The notes beneath the pieces are model-generated. The model worked only from the letters and a program-made list of their open reading frames with translations, did not search any database and was not told the origin of the DNA. Position numbers and translations under genes: made by a program. Shown here piece by piece: positions 39,410 through 48,162 of a DNA stretch of 64,000 nucleotides (the first letter of the stretch is position 1; the number at the start of each line of letters is the position of its first letter). The stretch comes from an uncultured Bdellovibrionales bacterium. GTDB lineage: Bacteria > Bdellovibrionota > Bdellovibrionia > Bdellovibrionales > UBA1609. Location of the stretch: the NCBI GenBank assembly GCA_903833275.1, contig CAILEP010000013.1, positions 31,639 through 95,638 on the forward strand, in the 5' to 3' direction.

Positions 39410-40051
39410 TTAAACGTTTCTTGCAGCGTAATATTCTGTGAAGAGACCAGCATCAAAGGTAAACGGAACATGCTCAGTGCTCGGTACGTTTTGAACGATG
39501 CCTACATCTTTGCCGCTCTGTTCTTCTTTGCGTAAGAAATCAGCCACTTCAAGACGGGGAGATTGTTTTGCGCGCAAATAAATCTGATTTTGGGTGCCTT
39601 TGTCTGTCAAGGTAACTTGATCGCCCACTTTTAAAACATAAGAGCTGATGTCGACTTTGCTGCCATTGATACGAATATGACCATGGCTGACCATCTGACG
39701 TGCTGAACGAATGCTCGGTGCAAAACCAAGACGAAATACGACGTTATCGAGGCGAAGTTCGAGAAGGCCCATAAGCTTGGCTGTCCAGTTGGCGCCTTTG
39801 CCTGATTTTGCATTACGAATAAATCGGCGAAGTTGTTCTTCGCGCAATTCATAGTGCCGACGAATTTTTTGTTTTTCTTCAAGACGAAGTGCGTAGTCTG
39901 AAAACTTACGTCGTTTGTTACCGTTTTGACCTGGAGGATATGGTCGTCGCTCAAGTGCCCCGGCTTTGCCGAGACCTGGTAATTCGACCCCTAGACGACG
40001 TTGAATGCGAAAGCGTGCTACTTTACCGGCTCTTTTCATAACTGTTGCCAC
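39410..40051 (-). CDS. rpsD: 30S ribosomal protein S4
   Basis: RFRIQRRLGVELPGLGKAG, YALRLEEKQKIRRHYELREEQ and the S4 RNA-binding domain RLDNVVFRLGFAPSIRSARQMVSHGHIRING. Confidence 0.95.
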   Translation of the reverse strand: MATVMKRAGKVARFRIQRRLGVELPGLGKAGALERRPYPPGQNGNKRRKFSDYALRLEEKQKIRRHYELREEQLRRFIRNAKSGKGANWTAKLMGLLELRLDNVVFRLGFAPSIRSARQMVSHGHIRINGSKVDISSYVLKVGDQVTLTDKGTQNQIYLRAKQSPRLEVADFLRKEEQSGKDVGIVQNVPSTEHVPFTFDAGLFTEYYAARNV

Positions 40052-40149
40052 CTCGAAAATGTTTTATAACGAACCGCAGGATATACCGACAAAAATGGCG
40101 GCGATCAAGCGCTTTCTCAGGCGGCTATTTGAGGGGGGCTTATAGGGCG

Positions 40150-40173
40150 GATTAACAGGGCCGATTAACAGGG
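40150..40173. repeat. Direct repeat GATTAACAGGG x2 (13-bp period) in the rpsD upstream region
   Basis: GATTAACAGGG occurs at 40150-40160 and again at 40163-40173, read directly from the sequence. Confidence 0.9.
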
Positions 40174-40198
40174 GCGACCACGGGGCAGCGGAGGCCGC

Positions 40199-41635
40199 CT
40201 AGTGGGTGCGGGTCAGGTTGTTCTGGTTGATAAGGTCGCGAAGATCGTGGCCAAACCCAGATAGATTGGCCGGGTCTCGTATTGTAAGGCGGTTGTCGTC
40301 GACCTGAAGCTCTTGCTGGCCAACTTGTTGGCCAGGTTGGTGGTCGATCGAAAACTGCGCCTTCGGGATATTGGCGGTATTAACCGGTATTGAGCCTGAA
40401 ACATTGACCCCACCATCAAGAATCGCCAGCGCTCTGTAGGCGTTGAGACGCTTCTGGTACCGGGTTTTGCCGGCCAGCTTGCCGGGCTCAAGGTCGCCGG
40501 TTTCGGTAAGGTGGCGAATAATTCTTTGGGCATCAAAGTCGCCGAAGCGAGCCTTGATAAGGGCCGCAACACCGGTCACGACGGCTGTGGCCTGCGAGGT
40601 GCCTGTCATATATCCATAGTTGCCACCAGGTAACGTGGAGTAAATCTTTTTACCTGGAGCTGCAATATCAACCGATTGTTCGCCGTAGTTGCTTGAGGGC
40701 AGTACGTTGCGGTCTTCGTCGAAGGCCGTGACCGAGATAATATTGTCGAGGCCATAATCGGCGGGGTAGTACTTTTTGATATCCGAGTTCGACTGTTCGT
40801 TGCCGGCGGCGGCGACAAAGAGAATTCCCTTTTCGCGAGCAAGGGCAATGGCATCGCGTTCTTTATCGCTGGGCTCTAGACCGCCGCCCGAGTAGTTAAT
40901 GATGTTGGCGCCTTTTTGCACGCAGTAGCGAATCGCGCGTACGGTGTTAACCAGGTTATTGTTATTGGTTGATTCGGGGTCGTAGTATTTGGCGATAATA
41001 AGAGTGACGTGTGGGCTCACGCCGATGGCCCCGCGGCCGTTGACTCCTCCAGCGGCGCCGATGGCGCCGGCGATGTGGGTGCCATGACCGTGATGATCTG
41101 TGAGGTCGCCGTTGTTCGCGATAAAGTTACAGCCATGGATGTCGTCGACGCAGCCATCAGCATCGTCGTCGACTTGGTTGGTGGCCTTATCGCGGCCAAA
41201 CTGATCGCGACCACTTTCACCAGGGTTCACCCAAAGGTTCGGCTTGAGGTCAGGATGGTTGACATCGACGCCGGTGTCGATCACGCAGACCTTAACGTCC
41301 TTGCTGCCAAGGGCACGATGGCGCACCCAGGCTTCTTGAGTTTGTATCGATTTGAGATCCCACTTTTGTGACATAGCGGGGTCGTTTAAAAGCGCATCGA
41401 TTTCTTTTGTGGATTCGACTTTGGCCTTCATCGGTTCGCCGAGTTGGGTTTGGCGCACGGTCTTCGAGTTTCGGAGGCTGGCGAGATCGGCTTGCTCATC
41501 ATAGTTGGATTCGCTGCGCAGTTGGGCCACTCGCGCCATGTTGAATTGAATGGCGATAACGAGAGAGATAACACCGGCCCCAAATAGGATAAGGCCCTTT
41601 CTATCTCGTTTGTGTTGACCTTTCTGCTGAGCCAT
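40199..41635 (-). CDS. Secreted S8 subtilisin-like serine protease
   Basis: N-terminal anchor or signal (LILFGAGVISLVIAIQF). Triad contexts CVIDTGVD, HGHGTHIAG and GTSQATA. AAAGAGGTG ribosome-binding site upstream of the ATG. Confidence 0.85.
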   Translation of the reverse strand: MAQQKGQHKRDRKGLILFGAGVISLVIAIQFNMARVAQLRSESNYDEQADLASLRNSKTVRQTQLGEPMKAKVESTKEIDALLNDPAMSQKWDLKSIQTQEAWVRHRALGSKDVKVCVIDTGVDVNHPDLKPNLWVNPGESGRDQFGRDKATNQVDDDADGCVDDIHGCNFIANNGDLTDHHGHGTHIAGAIGAAGGVNGRGAIGVSPHVTLIIAKYYDPESTNNNNLVNTVRAIRYCVQKGANIINYSGGGLEPSDKERDAIALAREKGILFVAAAGNEQSNSDIKKYYPADYGLDNIISVTAFDEDRNVLPSSNYGEQSVDIAAPGKKIYSTLPGGNYGYMTGTSQATAVVTGVAALIKARFGDFDAQRIIRHLTETGDLEPGKLAGKTRYQKRLNAYRALAILDGGVNVSGSIPVNTANIPKAQFSIDHQPGQQVGQQELQVDDNRLTIRDPANLSGFGHDLRDLINQNNLTRTH

Positions 41636-41664
41636 ATTCGCACCTCTTTGATACTGACTTAAAG

Positions 41665-41680
41665 AGCAAGAGTGATGCCG
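41665..41680 (-). promoter_or_regulatory. Sigma-54-type (-24/-12) promoter candidate for the S8 protease gene
   Basis: The minus strand reads CGGCATCACTCTTGCT, that is GGCA-N7-TTGC with correct GG-N10-GC spacing. It ends about 30 nt upstream of the ATG at 41635. Confidence 0.55.
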
Positions 41681-41773
41681 AGATCTACATGGACTAACTA
41701 TATGTAATTACTGGGGTATCATTATGGGAGCAAGGGGTTTTTCGATCACTTTCTAGAGGGCTGTCGACAGTTT

Positions 41774-41809
41774 GGTCACAGAGGAGGTCACAGAGGCGGT
41801 CACAGAGGG
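41774..41809. repeat. Three perfect-phase 12-bp tandem repeats, GGTCACAGAGG(A/C/G)
   Basis: GGTCACAGAGGA GGTCACAGAGGC GGTCACAGAGGG, read directly. It lies about 95-145 bp upstream of the sigma-54-like element of the protease gene. Confidence 0.9.
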
Positions 41810-41867
41810 GCGGCACTCGATTTTCAAGCGCGAGCCACGCCTATTGTCTGATATTAATGATTTGAAA

Positions 41868-42590
41868 TTAGTTAGTGGTGGTCACCAAGCAAGAGTTGGT
41901 CGAAGTGAGGGCTTCTTCGAGAGAGAAGAAGGTAGTCCCGCCGCCGACAGCGACTGGAGTAATGAAATCAACAGTGCCGGCGGTGCCGGCCGAATTGATA
42001 TTTGTATAATAGGCATTCGGGCCACCATAAGTTGAGGTGTCCATTGAATTGCCGCCCACTTTAGTTTTTGTACCAGTGATGGTGTAGGTATCTAAGCCGT
42101 CATTATCGAAGTTCAAAATATCTTGCGTCGAGGCGAGGTTAATCGAGCTAACGGGTTTGCTGCTATTATTGATGACGCCAACAAGTGTATCGTCGGCGCC
42201 GTCGTAAGGGCCCTGGCCGGTAAAATAGAGTGATTCGCCGAGATCAGTAACGATGATAATGACGCCACATTCAGAATCGTGCCCGACTGCAGGGCAAATC
42301 GCTTGGACCATCGCTTGGGTAATACCAGCGGGGAGTGTTGTGATGATTGGAGTGTCGGTGGCTTTGGGTATGCAAACGACAGGTGGTTTGGTATCGGGGG
42401 GTGTGGTACCGCCGGTACCGCCGCCTTGGGCATTGTTGCTTGCAGCAACTGAGGGCGATGAAAAATTAACTCCACCGCAGTTTTGAAATAGAAGTACGGT
42501 GAGGCCGCTGACAATAATCAGCACGCTGCGAATTTTAATGAGTGCAATTAATGTTCGAATTTTTTTGTTAATAACCAATAGATTTGTCAT
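41868..42590 (-). CDS. Putative lipoprotein, hypothetical
   Basis: The internal Met at 42590 gives MTNLLVINKKIRTLIALIKIRSVLIIVSGLTVLLFQNC. The mature part is Gly/Thr-rich and beta-rich. No family recognised. Confidence 0.5.
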   Translation of the reverse strand: MTNLLVINKKIRTLIALIKIRSVLIIVSGLTVLLFQNCGGVNFSSPSVAASNNAQGGGTGGTTPPDTKPPVVCIPKATDTPIITTLPAGITQAMVQAICPAVGHDSECGVIIIVTDLGESLYFTGQGPYDGADDTLVGVINNSSKPVSSINLASTQDILNFDNDGLDTYTITGTKTKVGGNSMDTSTYGGPNAYYTNINSAGTAGTVDFITPVAVGGGTTFFSLEEALTSTNSCLVTTTN

Positions 42591-42795
42591 GTGTGCCCCT
42601 CTTCCCTCAACTCTATGATTTGCAATTAAAATGCCATGGGGCGAGCGGCTGCACCGAGTAGGATGTCTCATTTTAAGAATCGTCTGCAGAAGAAATGGTC
42701 AATGTCTAAAACGTTCACATCTGGGCGCGGTGCGTGCGGGGCTTGGTTAGAAATTATGCGCTTTATTTTGGGTTGAAATTGAGTACAGTGAACCC

Positions 42796-43629
42796 ATGCC
42801 AAAAAATATTCGAGTCTCTTTGATAAAAACCGTCGTCAGCTTTGCCATCATTGCAACTGTGACGCTAACGGCGGTGCCGAAATCGTCGAGCGCGACGCTC
42901 GCCTTCAGCAGTTTGAGCGCTGACGATCTGGCGGGCATCATCGCAGATTTTGGTGCCGTTTTTGCTCACAGTTCGGTTTCACCGGCCACTCAATTGGGGG
43001 GCGGTTTTGGTTTTGAGTTGGGGCTCGTGGGCGGCTTGGCGAAAACTCCGCGCATTAAAAGCTTGGCCGATGCTGCGTCACCTGGTTCGGATGTTAAATA
43101 TTTACCCGACGCCGGGATACTCGTGGCGGTGTCCGTACCAATGGGGTTTAAATTCGAGCTTGAGCTTTTGCCAACCTTGTCGGGTTATGGTGTCGGTCTT
43201 AAAAAAACGTCGTATGCCATTCAATGGAATTTAACGGACACTGTTTTACCCCTGCCTGTGGATCTTGCATTTAAATTTCATTCGTCGGTGGTGACGGCCT
43301 CTTTTAGCCAGGATGTACTGGGCACGGTTGAAGATGTGCAGATTCAAGACTCAATTCGGGGCTATGATCTAATTGTCAGTAAGTCTTTCGTATTGCTCGA
43401 ACCCTATTTGGGTTTTGGCCTTATTCAAGCTTTTGGTGACGTTAATTTGAGTGGTGGAACCAATTCGATTTTTGCGTTTACCAATAGCTTATCGGTGTCG
43501 TCGAGCGTGAAGAGCTACGAGGTTTTTGCTGGTGGCAATTTACATTTGGCTCACTTTAATTTTGGTTTAGAGGTCGCGCGCTTATTTTCGACCTCGCGAG
43601 CCTTAATGAAACTAAGCGCGAGTTTTTAA
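42796..43629 (+). CDS. Outer-membrane beta-barrel protein, hypothetical
   Basis: Signal peptide (VVSFAIIATVTLTAVPKSSSA), alternating beta-strand pattern, and a C-terminal Phe (KLSASF). Confidence 0.55.
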   Translation: MPKNIRVSLIKTVVSFAIIATVTLTAVPKSSSATLAFSSLSADDLAGIIADFGAVFAHSSVSPATQLGGGFGFELGLVGGLAKTPRIKSLADAASPGSDVKYLPDAGILVAVSVPMGFKFELELLPTLSGYGVGLKKTSYAIQWNLTDTVLPLPVDLAFKFHSSVVTASFSQDVLGTVEDVQIQDSIRGYDLIVSKSFVLLEPYLGFGLIQAFGDVNLSGGTNSIFAFTNSLSVSSSVKSYEVFAGGNLHLAHFNFGLEVARLFSTSRALMKLSASF

Positions 43630-44751
43630 TTAGGGTGAAAATTTAAAAAGGTATTTTTCGTTTTCATACGAACCTAGTTTATTCATGCGGGCCAATAGAA
43701 TCATAGGCCGAGTCGGGTCTTTGTATTTGGTGCAATCGACAGCCCAAAGCACAACGTCGTGGCCAGAAAATTTGTCATTGGCCACAATGGGCGCCTTATC
43801 TAAGTCAGTACTAACTCGACAGGCCTCAAGGGCGGCAGCAATAACTGGGTTGTTGGTTGGTTTCTTTACATCTACATCGTGAGTGAGCGGGTAGTCATAA
43901 ATGCGTACATCAAAATTACCACCCTCAAGAAAGGGCACCATCGCTCGTTCTGTGTCGAGAAATGCAAACACCTTTTCTTGGTCAAATTTACAGCCGAAGG
44001 CGCCTTTAACAGTGTCAGAGCAAAAGTCTTGTATATAAAGCTGCCGAGGTGTTTTTCGAATTAGTTTAAGCAAGGCCGCATTCGATATGGCGTGGGAGTC
44101 ACCGTAAAGCCCCAGGCGATAAAGGCTAATTTGCAAACCAAGCAAATTGAAATTGGGCTGATTTATTCTATTTGGGGTTTGAGTGAGCTCCCAGAGATAG
44201 AGATCAAAACTAAGTGCAGCGAAAAGTGGCTGAGGGCCCCCTCTTCGTACATTGCCTTCGTGAATAAGTGTTAAGGTTTGCACATTAATTGGCATTTCAA
44301 AAAACCGCGGCGTCAGGTAGGTGTGCCCTGCATTGTCAGACCAAGCAATGATTTCGAATTTTTTGAGATCAAACCCCGGAAACATTTCTGAAATAGTGGC
44401 GACATACTCTTGGCGTACGGCCTCGAGTTTTTTGGGGTCAACAGTTTCGACTGGTATATAGGTATGTATGTTGCCAATAGCATCTTCAGCCAAATACGAC
44501 GTAATTTCATCACTCAAGCCCGTAAGGTCTAAGGTCGCGTGAACGCCAGCGCGCAAAGCTTTTGGCAAAACATAAAAATCATCTTGGGTTTCAGGCGCCT
44601 TCACCTTGAGCCCTGCCTCGGCCAGCGTCACGCATTTCTGGGGAGTGATACAGACAACACCGCCGCCATGGGCGTCATCACCGGCGTGGGCATTTAGCGA
44701 AGTGAGTGCGGCAGCAAGTGCCAAAAGTGTGGGTAAAATATAAAGTTTCAT
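43630..44751 (-). CDS. Secreted hypothetical protein
   Basis: Signal peptide MKLYILPTLLALAAALTSLNAHA. No family recognised. The start overlaps the stop of the upstream HTH gene by 4 nt. Confidence 0.5.
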   Translation of the reverse strand: MKLYILPTLLALAAALTSLNAHAGDDAHGGGVVCITPQKCVTLAEAGLKVKAPETQDDFYVLPKALRAGVHATLDLTGLSDEITSYLAEDAIGNIHTYIPVETVDPKKLEAVRQEYVATISEMFPGFDLKKFEIIAWSDNAGHTYLTPRFFEMPINVQTLTLIHEGNVRRGGPQPLFAALSFDLYLWELTQTPNRINQPNFNLLGLQISLYRLGLYGDSHAISNAALLKLIRKTPRQLYIQDFCSDTVKGAFGCKFDQEKVFAFLDTERAMVPFLEGGNFDVRIYDYPLTHDVDVKKPTNNPVIAAALEACRVSTDLDKAPIVANDKFSGHDVVLWAVDCTKYKDPTRPMILLARMNKLGSYENEKYLFKFSP

Positions 44752-45590
44752 CGCGGTTCTCCTTTTTCTAACGGAAATAAACTGACAGTTAATTGGTAGA
44801 CTTGTTCTTTCTTTTCAGATTCTAAAAGTGCCGACATGCGTTCTTGAAACTCTTCAATTAGCTCGCGCGCCTCGGGCAATTTCGAAAGCGCAACCGCCAT
44901 AGTCATCGAGGTCATGGTACGAGTTTCAACCGGGTCATTTTCAAGCGACTCGATCGATTTTAGTCTCAAGGCTTTTTGCAAACTTCTTAACGCCGGGGTG
45001 CTTACCGATTTATTTGCGGTTGTGAGCTTTTCTTTTGTGCGCCAATATCGCTCATTTCGTTTCTCGAGCAAGCCGAGTTGCACGAGGCGATCGATTGCAA
45101 TTTTAATTGTAGTTTCGGTTTCGCCTAAGCGAGCAGCCAACCATTTAAGCCCGCGTTTGAAGGCCGGCCCTTTGCGATAGGCATCAGTGCGCACAAGCTG
45201 CAAAATAGCCATGTGTTGCCATTCGGCCATGGCCGAGAACAATTCATTTTCGAGATTTGTGCGATCAAGAAGCGCACGCTCAATTTCGGCGCGCCTTCGC
45301 AAGCTTGGTGCCGCTTGCGAATGGGTGTGCGTGGCGCCAGCAGCCTCATTGTGTTTATTAATGAGTGCGTCCAATATTTGATTTCGTTTGCGTGGGCTTA
45401 TATTCAAACGCTCACAAAACTGAACCGCCGTTTTCGCGGTGAGAGGGCGGCGCCCACTTAAGATAGACGAAAGCGTACCATTGTTGGTTTGCAATAGTTT
45501 TGCGAATGCACGCAGCGAATAGCGAGGGTTGCGCTTAAGTCGCAGCTGCAATTCGTCTCGTAAAAATTGAGTGGTCATTTCGTGTTTCAT
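44748..45590 (-). CDS. TIGR02147/DUF4423-like HTH protein
   Basis: The N-terminus (FLRDELQLRLKRNPRYSLRAFAKLLQTNNGTLSSILSGRRPLT) matches my recollection of the TIGR02147 family HTH region. Needs HMM confirmation. Confidence 0.55.
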   Translation of the reverse strand: MKHEMTTQFLRDELQLRLKRNPRYSLRAFAKLLQTNNGTLSSILSGRRPLTAKTAVQFCERLNISPRKRNQILDALINKHNEAAGATHTHSQAAPSLRRRAEIERALLDRTNLENELFSAMAEWQHMAILQLVRTDAYRKGPAFKRGLKWLAARLGETETTIKIAIDRLVQLGLLEKRNERYWRTKEKLTTANKSVSTPALRSLQKALRLKSIESLENDPVETRTMTSMTMAVALSKLPEARELIEEFQERMSALLESEKKEQVYQLTVSLFPLEKGEPR

Positions 45591-45645
45591 CTGGCGCCAA
45601 TATAAATGATCTCGCGCCCAACGCCTACGAAAAATGCACCAGAGT

Positions 45646-45664
45646 GCTGCAATTTAATTGCAGC
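45646..45664. promoter_or_regulatory. Perfect palindrome GCTGCAATT-T-AATTGCAGC upstream of the HTH gene
   Basis: 9-bp arms around a single central base, 56-74 bp upstream of the start at 45590. Candidate operator. Confidence 0.4.
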
Positions 45665-45682
45665 GGGTAAGACTTTCGTGAT

Positions 45683-45699
45683 TGTCAAAAATTTTGACA
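45683..45699. promoter_or_regulatory. Perfect palindrome TGTCAAAA-A-TTTTGACA
   Basis: 8-bp arms around a single central base in the same intergenic region. Could be an operator or a hairpin. Confidence 0.35.
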
Positions 45700-45735
45700 G
45701 TGAAGGCGTGGCAAAAGAGCCGCGCGAGCTTTCTA

Positions 45736-46959
45736 TCAATTCGCGTATAAATTGAATATGGCCGGGTTAGCTAACTGAATCCATGCCAAGGCTTCTTGAT
45801 CAAGCCCTCGAGACATTTCTATAAGACGCCTGTAGGCCCCATTTTTAGACCTGGCTTTAGTTGTTGAAGAATCTAAAAGGTAACTTCGCAAATAGGCTTG
45901 CCGCCATAAATGCTCAACGAACCCGCGATTGCCCGAATTTCTACCCCTTGCCGCCGAAATAAAGAACTGCAAAACCGTGTCATCAGTTAAGGCCACGGTC
46001 GGCAGGGTATTGAAGTAAGTCGTTTGAGCATCGGTCAATGATCGGCCTGACTCTAATGCAAAAATAGTCAGCCTAATAAAATCCAAATGATTATCACAAG
46101 CCATTGCGGTATCTTTCAGAGCGGCGATTTTCTCTTCGCTTCTCTTTTCGTTCACTATACCAACTCCAAAATTGGGTAGAATAGGGTAGCCCAAGCCAGC
46201 AAGCCTTGCGATTTCTAAACTATAGGTTCCGCAATTATTAGACAGGAAGTCATAATTAAAGCGTTGTCTATATTCTGAATTCACGCAGTTGAGTCGTTCA
46301 ATCGCAATAGATTCGGATTCATTTTTTAGCAGCGGCACAGGCAGGCAAATGATCCCGCCTTTATCTAGAGAATTATGAAGTTCTCGATCGGCGCGGGGGT
46401 CTTGTGTCTCAAAAATCCCATCGTCAATCATAAAAGCAACATGTTCAGCCGGCATGATTTGGTGGGCTGGTGTCAGATTATTTGAAAGACTTGACTGCAG
46501 GTTATTGGTGCAGATTTGAATTCGTTTTGATAATTTTGAGGTCGCATAGACAGGGCTTTTTAAAACGCCAACTAGGTCAGAAAGAAGATCCGATAGCGAC
46601 GCACCGGGGTTTAATATGCTGTCAGCCGATTTATAGGCTGCAACGTCTAATTGGGATTTTTGTTGAAAGCCTTTCACCAAATGCACAGAAGCGGCGCCCA
46701 CATTTGCAAGTCTTTGTGTTGTTTTGCCAATAGCAATCATTTCGACCGTGTGGCCAATCAAACGCGGTAAGAAATTAAGAGCTTTCTTTGAGCTCGACTC
46801 GTTCTTTGGGCCCCATTGCTCTAAGATTTGGGCTTGAACTTCTTTGGGCACACTATCCCATTGTTCTGAAGAGATTTCTGGCTCTGCCCATGCTGTGCGG
46901 AGGCCCACGATGCCTAAACAAACAATCGTTAAAAAATATACGCAGGTCTTAGCAATCAT
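45736..46959 (-). CDS. Secreted hypothetical protein
   Basis: 407 aa with signal peptide MIAKTCVYFLTIVCLGIVGLRTAWA. No family recognised. Confidence 0.5.
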   Translation of the reverse strand: MIAKTCVYFLTIVCLGIVGLRTAWAEPEISSEQWDSVPKEVQAQILEQWGPKNESSSKKALNFLPRLIGHTVEMIAIGKTTQRLANVGAASVHLVKGFQQKSQLDVAAYKSADSILNPGASLSDLLSDLVGVLKSPVYATSKLSKRIQICTNNLQSSLSNNLTPAHQIMPAEHVAFMIDDGIFETQDPRADRELHNSLDKGGIICLPVPLLKNESESIAIERLNCVNSEYRQRFNYDFLSNNCGTYSLEIARLAGLGYPILPNFGVGIVNEKRSEEKIAALKDTAMACDNHLDFIRLTIFALESGRSLTDAQTTYFNTLPTVALTDDTVLQFFISAARGRNSGNRGFVEHLWRQAYLRSYLLDSSTTKARSKNGAYRRLIEMSRGLDQEALAWIQLANPAIFNLYAN

Positions 46960-47200
46960 ATTTATACCTCTAATTTCGAAATTATAAATGCAGAGGGATC
47001 TGGTTGAAAGACCGTTTGAAAAATCGATTTGATTGTCTAAATGTTAGTCAAAGGGTTCGATCTTTCTTCTTTTTGTGGAGAATTAACAAGACCGGGTCTC
47101 GGCCCCTGTGGCTGGTTTCAGAAACTGTCCCGCTACTGTGGGCTGCCGTCTGTGGACTGAAACTGTTATTACCCACAAATACTCCGCTAAAAGAAGAAAT

Positions 47201-47227
47201 AACCCAAAAGGCGTCGCGATTGACGCC
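47201..47227 (-). terminator. Rho-independent terminator after the Ig-like lipoprotein gene
   Basis: The minus strand reads GGCGTC-AATCGC-GACGCC followed by TTTTGGGTTATTTCTTCTTTT, about 30 nt after the stop at 47258. Confidence 0.6.
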
Positions 47228-47257
47228 CTATTGCTACCAAAAAGTGCTTGGCGCTTT

Positions 47258-48112
47258 TTAGTTGGTTCTGCCGCCGCCGCATGCAGCAGTGAGTGGGCCG
47301 CGGCCGACGTCGTTGACGGTGACTGATTGCACCGAGCCACCCGCATTCGATACAACGACATAAACCGGGCTTGTGCCTGCTGTGATGGGGTCGGTGTAAC
47401 TGGAGAGGGTTGCCCCGGCAACTGCGAGGCCGTTTTTGTACCATTGATAACTGAGGGGGTAAGTCGCGACGTTGACTGCTGAAGCGACCACAGAAAGAAC
47501 CCAGCCGTCACCGGCACAAAAAACGGTTGTCGTCGGGGTGCCGAGTGGTTGAGTGGTAATTGTCGGTGGGGGTACTGGGGCCGGCGCTGCATTGGGGGCG
47601 CATGTCGCGTTTGTTGGAGTTGGGTTGAGAGCGTTAGAGGCACAGGTAAATGTCGCTGTGCCTTTGTTGGTCGAAATGTCGCTTACGGTTGCGGTTGCGC
47701 CGTTTAATACGCTGGCTCCGCCAGGGGCAGAGCAGGTGTAAGCGCCGACCTTCCACGTAAGCGTGGCGGGTTCGGCACAGCTGAGATCACAAGTGGACCC
47801 TGCGGTTTCGGTCAATACCCCAGCGTTGCAACTGTAGATCGCGCTGCCGAGAGAGGGCAAAGTGGCGTTAACGGTGATTGTTGAGCCGGAGGTCAAAGTT
47901 ATAATAGATGAGGGAGCCATACAGGTGGCCGTACCGACCGTCCAGAGGAGCGAGGCGGGTGGGGCGCAGGGGGCCGTTGCCGACGAAGCCCCACTGTACT
48001 GTGACAAATCGACTGACTTTGCGCAGTTTTGAAAAACCAGCGAAGTGATAGTTGAAGTGAAGAGCAGAACCACAAAAAGCACTTTTCGAGATTTTATAAA
48101 ATTTTGATTCAT
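47258..48112 (-). CDS. Lipoprotein with repeated Cys-bounded modules and a C-terminal Ig-like domain
   Basis: Signal MNQNFIKSRKVLFVVLLFTSTITSLVFQNC. Two units of about 60 aa (C.P..L.W.VG...C.AP...). An Ig-like signature is also present (PLSYQWYKNGLAVAGAT...PVYVVVSNAGGSVQS). Confidence 0.6.
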   Translation of the reverse strand: MNQNFIKSRKVLFVVLLFTSTITSLVFQNCAKSVDLSQYSGASSATAPCAPPASLLWTVGTATCMAPSSIITLTSGSTITVNATLPSLGSAIYSCNAGVLTETAGSTCDLSCAEPATLTWKVGAYTCSAPGGASVLNGATATVSDISTNKGTATFTCASNALNPTPTNATCAPNAAPAPVPPPTITTQPLGTPTTTVFCAGDGWVLSVVASAVNVATYPLSYQWYKNGLAVAGATLSSYTDPITAGTSPVYVVVSNAGGSVQSVTVNDVGRGPLTAACGGGRTN

Positions 48113-48162
48113 CTAGTCCTTATCGGCTCAATTTGAGAAAACTTGAGGTCGAGTCTAGTGAT

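Noticed and set aside
41772-42035. 87-aa + strand ORF beginning MVTEEVTEAVTEG
   Set aside because: Its N-terminus is just the translation of the 3 x 12-bp tandem repeat, and the rest is antisense to the 41868-42590 gene.
45709-45723. TGGCAAAAGAGCCGC, which has sigma-54-like GG-N10-GC spacing on the + strand
   Set aside because: The -12 element is poor (CCGC), and it points into the 3' end of a minus-strand gene, with no + strand gene to drive.
47083-47643. 186-aa and 85-aa ORFs overlapping the 3' part of the Ig-like lipoprotein gene and its terminator
   Set aside because: They have an alternative-frame, Pro/Arg/Gln-rich composition and span a predicted terminator. The 47258-48112 frame has the signal peptide and the domain signatures.
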